A stretch of 37,170 bases of DNA from Promethearchaeota archaeon (GTDB lineage: Archaea > Asgardarchaeota > Lokiarchaeia > Sigyniarchaeales > SOKP01), in NCBI GenBank assembly GCA_004524535.1, contig SDNY01000026.1, forward strand, positions 1 to 37,170, read 5' to 3'. Position numbers and translations under genes: made by a program. This document shows, piece after piece, positions 17,806-27,508 of this stretch. The notes below the pieces were generated by a model that was given only the letters and a program-made list of their open reading frames with translations, made no database searches and was not told where the DNA came from. Each line of letters starts with the position of its first letter. Positions within the stretch are counted from its first letter, which is position 1.

Positions 17806-17924
17806 AGTTATATAAGTTTAAACAGTTATTAATAAGTATTTCAAGTTTTAATGAAAATTTAAAAGTATAGTAAATATATTTTCATTGTTTAATATATCAT
17901 ATAAAATATTAAATTATGAGATAA

Positions 17925-19544
17925 ATGCAATTAGATTATATTGTTAGGAAGGGCGCAAGAAAGATACCAGATAAAGTTGCTCTTGTTGATGTAATGACAG
18001 GTGAAAAAAGCATTAATTACGGTGAATATGATCAAAGATGTAATAATTTCGCAAATTATGTTATAAACGATTTTAATATTAATCCTGGAGATAGAATCGC
18101 ACTATTATTAGAAAATAGTATAGAAATTTGTGTAGCATATTATTCAATCCCCAGAACTTCTGCAATTATTGTACCCTTAAATTTTTTTATGGCTAAAAAG
18201 GAGTTAGAATATTGCATAAATGATTCTAAACCCGTTATGTTAATTTATGGAGATAAATTTAAAGATGATATAAGTTATTATAAGAAAAGATGTCCTTCCA
18301 TCAGAGAATTTATTTCTGAGCAACAATTTGATAAACTTTGTCAAATCCCATTCGAAGGAAAAAGAATTAAGCCTCCTAAAAAAGTATATGAAACAGACAC
18401 TGTTTTTATTGCATATACAGGAGGTACTACGGGATTTCCAAAAGGAGTTATGCTAACCCATGAAGGACTTTTTAACAATATAATGAGTTCTGGTCGAGTT
18501 GTAATTGATTCTTTACACAAAGCCGATAATATAGAAAATGGGTTAGAAATGCTTGAACATAGTATTCTTATTCCTATTCCCATATTTCATTTGGCAGCTA
18601 TGCTCGTTTTTCTAATGAGCAGCTTCATGGGTTATACATTATATTTACATAAAGGATTTAAGGCCGATAAAATAGTACAATCGATAGATAAATATAAAAT
18701 TAATCATATTGTATGTGTCCCAACGAATATTATTAGTTTTGTAGAATATTTAGAGTCTGAAGAAGCTAAAAAGTATGATATTAATAGCCTTAAACAATTG
18801 ACTTATGGAGCTGCACCGATATCTCCTACTGTTTTATCAAGAGCAATGGAACTTTTACCTACTACAAAATTTCGTCAAGCATATGGGCAAACAGAATATT
18901 CGCCTGTTATTACTCAATTAACTTCTGAAGATCATGAATTAGCAAAAAAGTTTCCTGAGATTTTAAAAAGTGGTGGGTGCCCTCAATTTGGTACTGAAGT
19001 TAAAATTTGGAAAAATGGAACATTCCTTCCTAAAGGTAAAATTGGTGAAGTTATTGCATCGGGAAATTCTATTATGAGAGGATATTGGAATAAAAAAGAT
19101 TTAACGCAAAAAACTATTCAAGAAATTGACGGGAAGAATTGGTTATTTACGGGGGATGTTGGATATTTAAAAGAAATTAACGGCAAAGATTACCTATTCT
19201 TAACAGATAGGGCAAAAGATATGATTGTAAGCGGTGGAGAAAATATATACCCTAAAGAAATTGAAAATGTTATTTATCAAATTGATGGTGTTAAAATGTG
19301 TGCGGTGATAGGCGTGCCAGATGAAAAATGGGGTGAGGCAGTAGTGGCTTTAATAGTCCCAAAAGAGGGAGCTAATTTAAAAGGAGAAAAAATAATACAT
19401 TATTGTGGGGAACATCTTGCTGGTTATAAAAAACCAAAAAAAGTAATATTTAGAGAAGATTTGCCCGTCAGTGCACAGGGAAAAATTTTAAAAAGAAAGT
19501 TAAAAGATGAATTTTGGAAAGAAGAAAAACGACTAATCCATTAA
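17925..19544 (+). CDS. Long-chain-fatty-acid/acyl-CoA ligase (ANL superfamily)
   Basis: YTGGTTGFPKG, YGQTE, TGD, DRAKDMIVSGGENIYPKEIE, GKILKR. Confidence 0.92.
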   Translation: MQLDYIVRKGARKIPDKVALVDVMTGEKSINYGEYDQRCNNFANYVINDFNINPGDRIALLLENSIEICVAYYSIPRTSAIIVPLNFFMAKKELEYCINDSKPVMLIYGDKFKDDISYYKKRCPSIREFISEQQFDKLCQIPFEGKRIKPPKKVYETDTVFIAYTGGTTGFPKGVMLTHEGLFNNIMSSGRVVIDSLHKADNIENGLEMLEHSILIPIPIFHLAAMLVFLMSSFMGYTLYLHKGFKADKIVQSIDKYKINHIVCVPTNIISFVEYLESEEAKKYDINSLKQLTYGAAPISPTVLSRAMELLPTTKFRQAYGQTEYSPVITQLTSEDHELAKKFPEILKSGGCPQFGTEVKIWKNGTFLPKGKIGEVIASGNSIMRGYWNKKDLTQKTIQEIDGKNWLFTGDVGYLKEINGKDYLFLTDRAKDMIVSGGENIYPKEIENVIYQIDGVKMCAVIGVPDEKWGEAVVALIVPKEGANLKGEKIIHYCGEHLAGYKKPKKVIFREDLPVSAQGKILKRKLKDEFWKEEKRLIH

Positions 19545-20749
19545 AACATCTTTCTTTTTTCTAAAGGTTCTAAAGATTCAGTTTTTCTATAAATTCCTTT
19601 TTGAATAATATATTTCATTACTTCGTCAGTACCTGCCCCTATTCTCATAAGTCTCACATCTCGTGCACATCTTTCAACTGGATATTTATTTGTATATCCA
19701 ATTCCACCTAAAACCTGAATTGCATCATCACATATTTTAAATGCATTCGTACATACAAAAAGTTTAGCCATAGCAGCTAAATTTCCATCTTCCATATGAT
19801 TTACCGATTTCTCTAATAAAGCTTTCCCGGCTTCAAAATTTGTAACCATTTCAGCAATTTTGAAACTAATACCTTCAAATTCGCATATAGGTCTTTTAAA
19901 TTGAACTCTCTCTTGAGAATATTGGATAGCTACATCTATTGCTCTTTTAGCAACGCCCATTACTTGTACAGACACTGCTACCCTCTCGGGGGCCAACATA
20001 ACTTGCATGCTCGAAATTGCAGAAGTTTTACCCATTCTTTTTGTACCATCTGATGTGGGTTTGATTTCCTTGTAAAAAAGAAGGTTTTCTTTAGGGACTC
20101 TAACATTATTGAATTTCATATGCCCTAAATGTAATCCGTGAAGGCCCATCATTTGATACTCTTCAATAACTTCAAATCCTTCCCAATCAGATTCTATTAT
20201 AAACGCTCCGTTTCGGCCATAGACTACAAGAGTATCAGCTATACTTCCATTAGTAATAAACCTTTTTTCACCAGTCAAAATGAATTCATCGTTCAAATCG
20301 TCTTTTTTATATATTGTTTTCATTCTAGATAAGTCGCTTCCAGCATCAGGTTCAGTAAAACAAAAACATCCTATTTTCTCACCTTTTAATAGGGGATCCA
20401 TATATTTACGTAATATTTTTGTTTTACCAAACATACGAATTAAAAGCGCTGGATATGATGATGATAATCGGCTCATGTCAATCGGTAAACTATGATAAGA
20501 AATAGCTTCAGACACTAATAACTCTTGTAAAAATGAACCCGAACGACCCCCGAACCTCTTTGGAAATGTAACTCCGATTAAACCCTTTTTGCCTAATGGT
20601 CTAATTACGTCCCATATCTCCTTTTTTCCTTGATCAATATCATTAACGTATGGCGCAATTTCATTTAATGCATACTCCTCAGCTTCGGCCTTTATCGCTA
20701 AATCCGCTTCACTTAAATTTGAAAACATACTTTCCATTCTAACACTCAA
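19541..20749 (-). CDS. Acyl-CoA dehydrogenase (IVD/LCAD-type catalytic Glu placement)
   Basis: FTEPDAGSD, GEKRFITNG, RVQFKRPI, QVLGGIGY, RIGAGTDEV; helix G LAPER. Confidence 0.92.
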   Translation of the reverse strand: MSVRMESMFSNLSEADLAIKAEAEEYALNEIAPYVNDIDQGKKEIWDVIRPLGKKGLIGVTFPKRFGGRSGSFLQELLVSEAISYHSLPIDMSRLSSSYPALLIRMFGKTKILRKYMDPLLKGEKIGCFCFTEPDAGSDLSRMKTIYKKDDLNDEFILTGEKRFITNGSIADTLVVYGRNGAFIIESDWEGFEVIEEYQMMGLHGLHLGHMKFNNVRVPKENLLFYKEIKPTSDGTKRMGKTSAISSMQVMLAPERVAVSVQVMGVAKRAIDVAIQYSQERVQFKRPICEFEGISFKIAEMVTNFEAGKALLEKSVNHMEDGNLAAMAKLFVCTNAFKICDDAIQVLGGIGYTNKYPVERCARDVRLMRIGAGTDEVMKYIIQKGIYRKTESLEPLEKRKMF

Positions 20750-20833
20750 CTCTATTTCTATTTTTAATAATGATTTAATTAAATAATGAATTCTAAAAAA
20801 GAATTTTTAAAAAAAAGATTAAATATCTTAATT

Positions 20834-21112
20834 TTATCCTTGCTCAAAAACTACGCCGGTTCCTCCAGCAGGATATTGAAAACTAATTGCACCTGGTTCA
20901 CAAACTTGATAACATGCTGCACATTCTACACATTTTTGCTTATAATCCTCAGCTAAGACAATTTTTCCTTCTCGTTTCTTCCAAAGATTCATGATACAAA
21001 TGACTAAGCATCGATTGCAAAGGTTACATTTATCATTATCAATAGAAATGAAATCTCCTGTACCCTCTATATGTGTTGAGATACTTTTTAGATCGAAATC
21101 ATTAATATTCAT
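20834..21112 (-). CDS. FixX-like 2x[4Fe-4S] ferredoxin
   Basis: CNLCNRCLVIC and CVECAACYQVC; FixX-type C-terminus FQYPAGGTGVVFEQG; overlaps upstream gene by 4 bp. Confidence 0.85.
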   Translation of the reverse strand: MNINDFDLKSISTHIEGTGDFISIDNDKCNLCNRCLVICIMNLWKKREGKIVLAEDYKQKCVECAACYQVCEPGAISFQYPAGGTGVVFEQG

Positions 21113-22527
21113 TTTCTTCTCCTCCTTTTTTTCTTTTTATCTGGCATTAATGACATTAGTTTTGGAAGTAAATTTATTAAGGTAGGCATTATTGAAGGGT
21201 CCATTAACTTACCCATATCATCCTCTAATGCTTTTGTAAATAAGGGAACAAATTCACTCATCAATGTTGGCATTGCTTGGGGCAAATATTTCTTAACGTG
21301 AGCTACTATTTGTCTTATGCGTACTTTATGTGGTTCTGACCAGTCAAAAATTCCTGTCAATGCTTCACTCACCATAGGAATAAACCAGTCCATATTCTTA
21401 GCATTGAATGGAAGAGCCTTCCACACACTCCATAATTGAGGACCAGCGTCAAATTCTGTCCCGATGCTGGATTCTTCCTGCCATCGCCTCTCATATTCTT
21501 TTAATTTATTTTCAGAATAGTCTCCTTCTGCGATTGCTTCTGCAGCAACTTCTACTGCAATCTCTGCGCTTTCCATAGCTGGAAATATTCCTTCTGCTTC
21601 AAGAGGACATGGAAAGCCTGCAGCATCACCTATTAGCATCACACCATTCGCATAGGTTTTTTCTGGGTAAGGCATCCAAGGTAATAAATGTGCTTGAACC
21701 TCCCTTGGCTTTGCACCTAGCATTTTAATGAGGCGCTGGAAATGTTTAAGATTAACTACGTAATTTAGATAATATAGAGGATTCTTCTCCCAGGATTGCA
21801 TCCAATTACCTAAGCCAACATGAAAACCGTCTCCAAAAAAGACTTGATAAGCGCTTGGAATCCCACCTGCCATCCACCATACAGCTAATGCCTCTTCATG
21901 CATGATTAGGTCGATTTTCTCTCTAGGAGCATAAAAGTCATACTGAGGAACTAATGTGATATGATCATGATACCATTTATCACGTAGTCCAGATTGCTTT
22001 GCAACCATAGAAACGGCGCCATCTGCTCCGATAACAATCGGTGCCATATATTTTTCTCCCTTTTCATCAACTACTCCTTTTACAGTTCCATTTTCCTTAA
22101 TAAGTCCTTTTATAAGTAAAGAACATTTGAGTTCTGCACCAGCATTAGTAGCTAAGTCTGCCATCCACGGATCAAATTCACTACGATAACAATTCATAGT
22201 GATGAAGCTTTTTGCAGGTTCGTAAGTAACTGATTCAGTAGGTCTTGCTAATATCATTGCAGAAACTTCGCCTTTTTTATCTACTAAATAATTACGAGCA
22301 AACCTACCCGCTCGTAATGAAGGACATTTATCTTCTGTTAGATTTTTCATCATATCAGGCCATGATCTCCACATTCTCGGACCCAACCCACATCCAGAAG
22401 AATTTTTTTCTCCTGGTTTCCGACCTCTTTCGAAAAAAATAGTTTTTAAACCTTTTTCAGCAGCAACTTTTGCAGCCATTGACCCTCCTGGACCACCACC
22501 TACAATAACAATATCATACTCTTTCAA
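21109..22527 (-). CDS. FixC/geranylgeranyl reductase family FAD oxidoreductase
   Basis: VGGGPGG, ERGRKPGEKN (FixC-like), RSEFDPWM, IGADG, LIGDAAG..EGI. Confidence 0.8.
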   Translation of the reverse strand: MKEYDIVIVGGGPGGSMAAKVAAEKGLKTIFFERGRKPGEKNSSGCGLGPRMWRSWPDMMKNLTEDKCPSLRAGRFARNYLVDKKGEVSAMILARPTESVTYEPAKSFITMNCYRSEFDPWMADLATNAGAELKCSLLIKGLIKENGTVKGVVDEKGEKYMAPIVIGADGAVSMVAKQSGLRDKWYHDHITLVPQYDFYAPREKIDLIMHEEALAVWWMAGGIPSAYQVFFGDGFHVGLGNWMQSWEKNPLYYLNYVVNLKHFQRLIKMLGAKPREVQAHLLPWMPYPEKTYANGVMLIGDAAGFPCPLEAEGIFPAMESAEIAVEVAAEAIAEGDYSENKLKEYERRWQEESSIGTEFDAGPQLWSVWKALPFNAKNMDWFIPMVSEALTGIFDWSEPHKVRIRQIVAHVKKYLPQAMPTLMSEFVPLFTKALEDDMGKLMDPSIMPTLINLLPKLMSLMPDKKKKRRRRK

Positions 22528-22710
22528 CTTTTCTTTCTCCCTTTGTGATTTTTTAATTTTTTATTGATAATACTTGCTTTTTAATAATACATAATTTATG
22601 CTGGAATTACTTTAGATTTTAGTAAAATTATTTATTAATTGAATGAAATAATAATAATCATCATACTAAACTATTTAAATTTTATAAATAAATAGAGGTA
22701 TTATCGTCAA

Positions 22711-24168
22711 ATGAATGAAATTTATCAGAAGTTAGTTAAGATTTGCGGTAAAAAAAATCTTTCAAATAATCCAGATCTCTTAAAAACTTATTCAGAAGAT
22801 TGTAGTTATGTTTCGGGAAAAACACCAATCTCCATCGTGTGGCCAAAAAATAGTAAGCAAATTGAAGAAATATTAAAATTAGCTAATTCGATGGGATTCT
22901 CGGTTATCTCTATAAGTTCTAGTTCTAATGTACGTTATCATGGTGATACACTCCCTAAGAAGGATAATAGTGTTATATTAAACCTTTCTAAAATGAAGAA
23001 TATTGTAAGTATAGATAGAAAAAATAGAGTTGTAATGGTAGAACCTGGTGTTACTTTCGCAGAATTGATACCAAAACTTAAGGAAAAAGGACTAAGATTA
23101 TTATTACCCTTACATCCTGAATCAGATAAATCTGTATTAACTTCAGCGCTTAAAAGGGAACCTATTACAATACCCCGATATCACTGGGATAGTTCTGATC
23201 CTCTCCTATGTACAGAAGTTGTTTTCGGTACGGGAGATTTATTCAGAACTGGAACGGCAGCAGGACCGGGAACGATTAAGCAACAACAAAAGAGGGGGGC
23301 AGCTCAAGTCAACCCAATGGGTCCGACTCATTTTAGTCCGTACAGAGTGATCCAAGGTGCACAAGGTAGCATAGGAGTTGTGACATGGGCAACCGTGAAA
23401 TTAGAACTGCTACCCACAGTTCAGAAAGTTATTCATCTTCAATCAGAAAATCTTCAAGATTTATTGGATGTACAACAAATATTATTAAAATATCGTTATG
23501 CTGATGAAATTGTTATTTTACAGAATCTAAATCTTGCCTGTTTAGTAAAGATAGAGTCTTCACAGATCGTAGAGTTAAGTAATTCCTTAGCAAAATGGAA
23601 TTTAATTTATGTATTGTCAGGTCGGGGAAAATTTGCCAACGATAAGATCTCCTATCAAGAAAATGATATTAACGATCTTGTTCAAGAATTAAAGAAAGAA
23701 AAATTAAATAATAATAGCCCTATTAACGAGAAAGATATTCTAACTGCCCTAAAGGAACCAACAGCCTTTCCATGGAGAAGTAGATTAAAAGGGGCATATC
23801 AAGATATATTCTTTATAACAAATTTTGAACGAATACCTGAATTTGTGTCAATCGTGGAAAAAATGGCTCAGAAAAATCTTGGGACTTATATTCAAGCTCT
23901 TAATCAAGGTACTTCATATTATTGCGAATTTGATCTATTTTACGATCCAGGGGATGAAAGTGCAATTCCTGGCATAAAACAAAACTTTATGGATATAAGT
24001 TCAAAACTAATAGAAGCAGGAGCTTTCTTTAATCGACCGTATAGTTTATGGGCAAAGGAAGTTTTTGCAAATCATAGCGAAGAAACTATAACTGCCTTCA
24101 AGAAAGTAAAGAAGATTTTTGATCCTAATAACATATTAAATCCGGGGGTGCTATGTTTTGACGACTGA
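22711..24168 (+). CDS. FAD-binding oxidoreductase, VAO/PCMH (GlcD-like) family
   Basis: P..IVWP, LNLSKMKNI, VEPGVT, EVVFGTGDLFRTG, GAQGSIGVVT, FDPNNILNPG. Confidence 0.85.
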   Translation: MNEIYQKLVKICGKKNLSNNPDLLKTYSEDCSYVSGKTPISIVWPKNSKQIEEILKLANSMGFSVISISSSSNVRYHGDTLPKKDNSVILNLSKMKNIVSIDRKNRVVMVEPGVTFAELIPKLKEKGLRLLLPLHPESDKSVLTSALKREPITIPRYHWDSSDPLLCTEVVFGTGDLFRTGTAAGPGTIKQQQKRGAAQVNPMGPTHFSPYRVIQGAQGSIGVVTWATVKLELLPTVQKVIHLQSENLQDLLDVQQILLKYRYADEIVILQNLNLACLVKIESSQIVELSNSLAKWNLIYVLSGRGKFANDKISYQENDINDLVQELKKEKLNNNSPINEKDILTALKEPTAFPWRSRLKGAYQDIFFITNFERIPEFVSIVEKMAQKNLGTYIQALNQGTSYYCEFDLFYDPGDESAIPGIKQNFMDISSKLIEAGAFFNRPYSLWAKEVFANHSEETITAFKKVKKIFDPNNILNPGVLCFDD

Positions 24169-25477
24169 ACACTTTCCTGAACAGGAATACCGACGGATGA
24201 TTAAGATGTGTTTACGTTGCTCCGTATGTAAGTGGATACCGCAAGTCCAGATCAAAAGTCAGAAGTACGCTTCATGTTGTCCTGCTATGGATATATATGA
24301 TTATCATGCTTATAGTGGTGGGGGGAGAATTATCCTTGCTTTAGCTTATGAAATGGGTAGAGTAAAACCATCAGATGATCTCCTAAATATTGTATATAGA
24401 TGTACTGAATGTGGGAACTGTGCGATTGCTTGTAAATACATGAATACATTAGAACCTTTAGAAATCATCATGAAATTTCGCGAAAAATTAGTAAAGGACG
24501 GATATGGTCCTATGCCTCAACAAAAAGCTTATACTGAAGCAATGAAAAAAGTGAATAATCCTTATAATGAACCACATGAAAAAAGAGTAGATTGGTTACC
24601 TTCAGATATTAAAGTTGATCCTGATGCAAAGTTATTATATTATGTGGGATGTACTTCTTCTTATAGGAGGAAAGAAATGGCCATAGCTGCAGCACGTATA
24701 ATGAATGCAGCAGGAGTTCCATTTAATATTTTAAAAGATGATGAGTTTTGTTGTGGGAGTCCTGTATACCGAACTGGAGATGTTGAATCTTTTAAAGTGC
24801 AACTAAATAAAAATTTAGATGTCATGGAATCAAAGGGAATTGAAACCATTATTTTTAGCTGTGCTGGGTGCTATGATACTTTCAAAGTAGATTATCCCTT
24901 ATATAGAGAATATAACTTTGAAGTTTTACATACTGTGGAGTTTTTTGAACAATTAATTGAGGAAGGGAAATTAAAATTTACAACTGAAGTACCTATTATG
25001 GTTACCTATCATGATCCCTGTCATTTAGGTAGGACCGCTGAACGATATGAAGAATGGGCGGGAGATGAGCTTAAATTAATGCCATTAGTATCAATAAATA
25101 TACCACCAAAACCGAAAAATATTGGAGCAAAGGGAGTTTATGATGCACCCAGGAACATTTTAAATAAAATTCCAGGATTAAAATTAGTTGAAATGGAGCG
25201 TATAATGGAATATTCATATTGTTGTGGAGCGGGAGCCGGTGTAAAATCTGCCTTTCCAGATATGGCTATTAGATCTTCTAAAAATAGAATTGAAGAAGCA
25301 GAGGATTCGGGAGCTAATATTCTTGTATCTGCTTGTCCATTCTGCTCCACAAATTTGCAAGATGGAATTAAAGAAAGTGGTTCAAAATTGAAATATTACG
25401 ATATAAGCGAATTAATATTGATGGCTTTAGGTTTAGACCCTGAAAAATTAATACAAGCAACAGCAGGGGGGGCCTAA
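24158..25477 (+). CDS. HdrD/GlcF-like Fe-S protein with two CCG domains
   Basis: CLRCSVC...CP, CTECGNCAIAC, YVGC, CCGSP, SCAGC, YHDPCHLGR, CCGAG, ACPFC. Confidence 0.9.
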   Translation: MTTEHFPEQEYRRMIKMCLRCSVCKWIPQVQIKSQKYASCCPAMDIYDYHAYSGGGRIILALAYEMGRVKPSDDLLNIVYRCTECGNCAIACKYMNTLEPLEIIMKFREKLVKDGYGPMPQQKAYTEAMKKVNNPYNEPHEKRVDWLPSDIKVDPDAKLLYYVGCTSSYRRKEMAIAAARIMNAAGVPFNILKDDEFCCGSPVYRTGDVESFKVQLNKNLDVMESKGIETIIFSCAGCYDTFKVDYPLYREYNFEVLHTVEFFEQLIEEGKLKFTTEVPIMVTYHDPCHLGRTAERYEEWAGDELKLMPLVSINIPPKPKNIGAKGVYDAPRNILNKIPGLKLVEMERIMEYSYCCGAGAGVKSAFPDMAIRSSKNRIEEAEDSGANILVSACPFCSTNLQDGIKESGSKLKYYDISELILMALGLDPEKLIQATAGGA

Positions 25478-25479
25478 GA

Positions 25480-27057
25480 ATGTTAGAGAAAGATATTTTA
25501 AAAGAATTTCAAGATGTTGTAGGTCCAGAATTTATCGATGATGGGGATGTAATGACAAATGTTTATGCCTATAATTGGTGTACTGAGTTTGTTAATTATA
25601 TGGAGGGAAAAGAACCAATCCCATTTTCTCCTGTGCCTAAAGCTGTAATACTTCCTTCTACTACAGAAGAAGTCCAAAAAATCATTAAATTATGCAATAA
25701 ATATAAGATTAAATTTAAAGCTCAATCAACTGGCCTTGGTCCATGGAATCAACCAAGCACAGATAACTCTATAATATTAGATCTCCGTAGAATGAATAAG
25801 ATCGTTAAAATTGATGAAAAAAACTTGTATGCCGTAGTAGAATCATATGTTAGTGGAGCACAGCTTCAAGCAGAAGCCATGAAATACGGTTTGACAGTCC
25901 ACATGCCTGGGGCAGGCCCAATGGCATCACCTCTGGCGAGTCACACCTCAATGGCGGGTCCTGGCTTTACATCACCCCAAACGGGCCATAGTGCAAGGAA
26001 TGTTTTAGGGGTTGAGTGGGTACTTCCTGATGGAAAAATAATGAGATTAGGTTCATTAGGACAGAAAAATAATCCTGATTGGTTTATTGGTGATGGTCCC
26101 GGTCCAAGTTTGAGAGGTATCATGAGGGGATGGGTTGGTGCAAAATCGGGAATCGGTGTTTTTACTAAAGTTGGTATAAAATTATTTCCCTATCCAACTG
26201 ACACAAAATTTGTCATGACTGGTCACGCACCTCTCTATAATTTTGAAAAACCAGATTATATAAGAGCCTATGTTTTTGATTGTAAAAGCTGGAAAGGATT
26301 AGAGAAGATAATGCTGCGGGTAGAAGAAGAGGAAGTCGGTTTTATAGTTAGTCATATATCTGGTTTAGCTGTCATGGCTATTTTTTCATACAGTATAGAA
26401 GGTTTGATGGATAAAATGGCTCTTGGTGTATTGAAAAATCCGTTATTGGTGGTTATGGGAGCAAGAACAAAACGAGAATTTGATTATAAACAAATGGTCA
26501 TGGAGGATATACTCACTGAATATGATCTCGAAAATATTATAGATACAAAATATGTTCCTGAGAAAGTCTTCTATGCAGAATGTTTGCGTGCAAATCTGGG
26601 ATATCATGGTTTTATAGCAACTGGAGGGTTCCAGTCAGCTAAGGGTCAAGCAGATGCTGCTGCTTTATGTCTTCGTGCTGAGAAAACAAATATTCCTTTA
26701 AAGCAGAAATATATTAAAAAGGAGGCTATCGCAAATGATTTTGGTGAAGGCGCTTGGATGACTAGCTATGAGGGTGGACATTTTTTCCATATGGAGTCAC
26801 CTACAATGTTTAATCAATCAGATTTGAAAAGCGTGAAAGGAATGGCTAATTATATGGATGAAAGTAATAAACAAGATTTAATTAAACACTTAGGTGCGCC
26901 ATTTTTTATAGAGGGTGATAAATTACATGACGAATGGGGTCCTCATATGATGAATTATCATAATTGGCTTCGTAAAATTAAGGCAGCTTTTGACCCTAAC
27001 GGAGTTGCTGATTCAGGCTTTTACATAACCGCAAAAAAGGAGTGTGAAAATAAATGA
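25480..27057 (+). CDS. FAD-binding oxidoreductase, VAO/PCMH (GlcD-like) family
   Basis: PKAVILPSTTEEVQ, STG, LDLRRMNKI, GVEWVLPDG, GPGPSLRG, GIGVFTK, FDPNG. Confidence 0.85.
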   Translation: MLEKDILKEFQDVVGPEFIDDGDVMTNVYAYNWCTEFVNYMEGKEPIPFSPVPKAVILPSTTEEVQKIIKLCNKYKIKFKAQSTGLGPWNQPSTDNSIILDLRRMNKIVKIDEKNLYAVVESYVSGAQLQAEAMKYGLTVHMPGAGPMASPLASHTSMAGPGFTSPQTGHSARNVLGVEWVLPDGKIMRLGSLGQKNNPDWFIGDGPGPSLRGIMRGWVGAKSGIGVFTKVGIKLFPYPTDTKFVMTGHAPLYNFEKPDYIRAYVFDCKSWKGLEKIMLRVEEEEVGFIVSHISGLAVMAIFSYSIEGLMDKMALGVLKNPLLVVMGARTKREFDYKQMVMEDILTEYDLENIIDTKYVPEKVFYAECLRANLGYHGFIATGGFQSAKGQADAAALCLRAEKTNIPLKQKYIKKEAIANDFGEGAWMTSYEGGHFFHMESPTMFNQSDLKSVKGMANYMDESNKQDLIKHLGAPFFIEGDKLHDEWGPHMMNYHNWLRKIKAAFDPNGVADSGFYITAKKECENK

Positions 27058-27461
27058 GCGAATCAAATCTTATTTTAGATTACGCTAGAGAATTTGCGGG
27101 ACTATTAGAAAATATAGTGAATCCTTTAAACGAAAAATCTAGCTTCAAAGAAAAGTTTAAGAATACTCAGCGTAAGTTCCTAATAAACGCTACAAACTTA
27201 AACTATGCTGCTCTAATTATTATAAATAAAGGCCAATTGAGTGTTAAAAGCGTACCAAATAAACCAAAATCAAATTTAAAGAAAAAATCAATTGGTTGGG
27301 ATGGATTAGTTTCCATGGATACGCAGACATTCCTAGCATTTGCGATGAAAAGAATATCTATCATAAAACTCGGACTAAAATGGATATTTGGACCAGTTCA
27401 AATAAAGGGGATTTTTAAACTATTTCCTATGATGAAGCTGTTTGCTCTTCTACAAGAATAA
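27054..27461 (+). CDS. SCP2 sterol/lipid-binding domain-like protein
   Basis: 135 aa with SCP2-like pattern (IIINKGQLSV...DGLVSMDTQTFLAFA....I.K.....G.VQIKG); ATGA-type overlap with upstream gene. Confidence 0.6.
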   Translation: MSESNLILDYAREFAGLLENIVNPLNEKSSFKEKFKNTQRKFLINATNLNYAALIIINKGQLSVKSVPNKPKSNLKKKSIGWDGLVSMDTQTFLAFAMKRISIIKLGLKWIFGPVQIKGIFKLFPMMKLFALLQE

Positions 27462-27508
27462 TTCAGTAAATTTTTTATTTAATTTATATTATCTTTTATA
27501 TATTTAAT

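Noticed and set aside
24158-25477. Evidence of methanogenesis from HdrD-like and MtaA/MtaC-like genes
   Set aside because: No mcr, mtr or hdrE here; these families are widespread in non-methanogens
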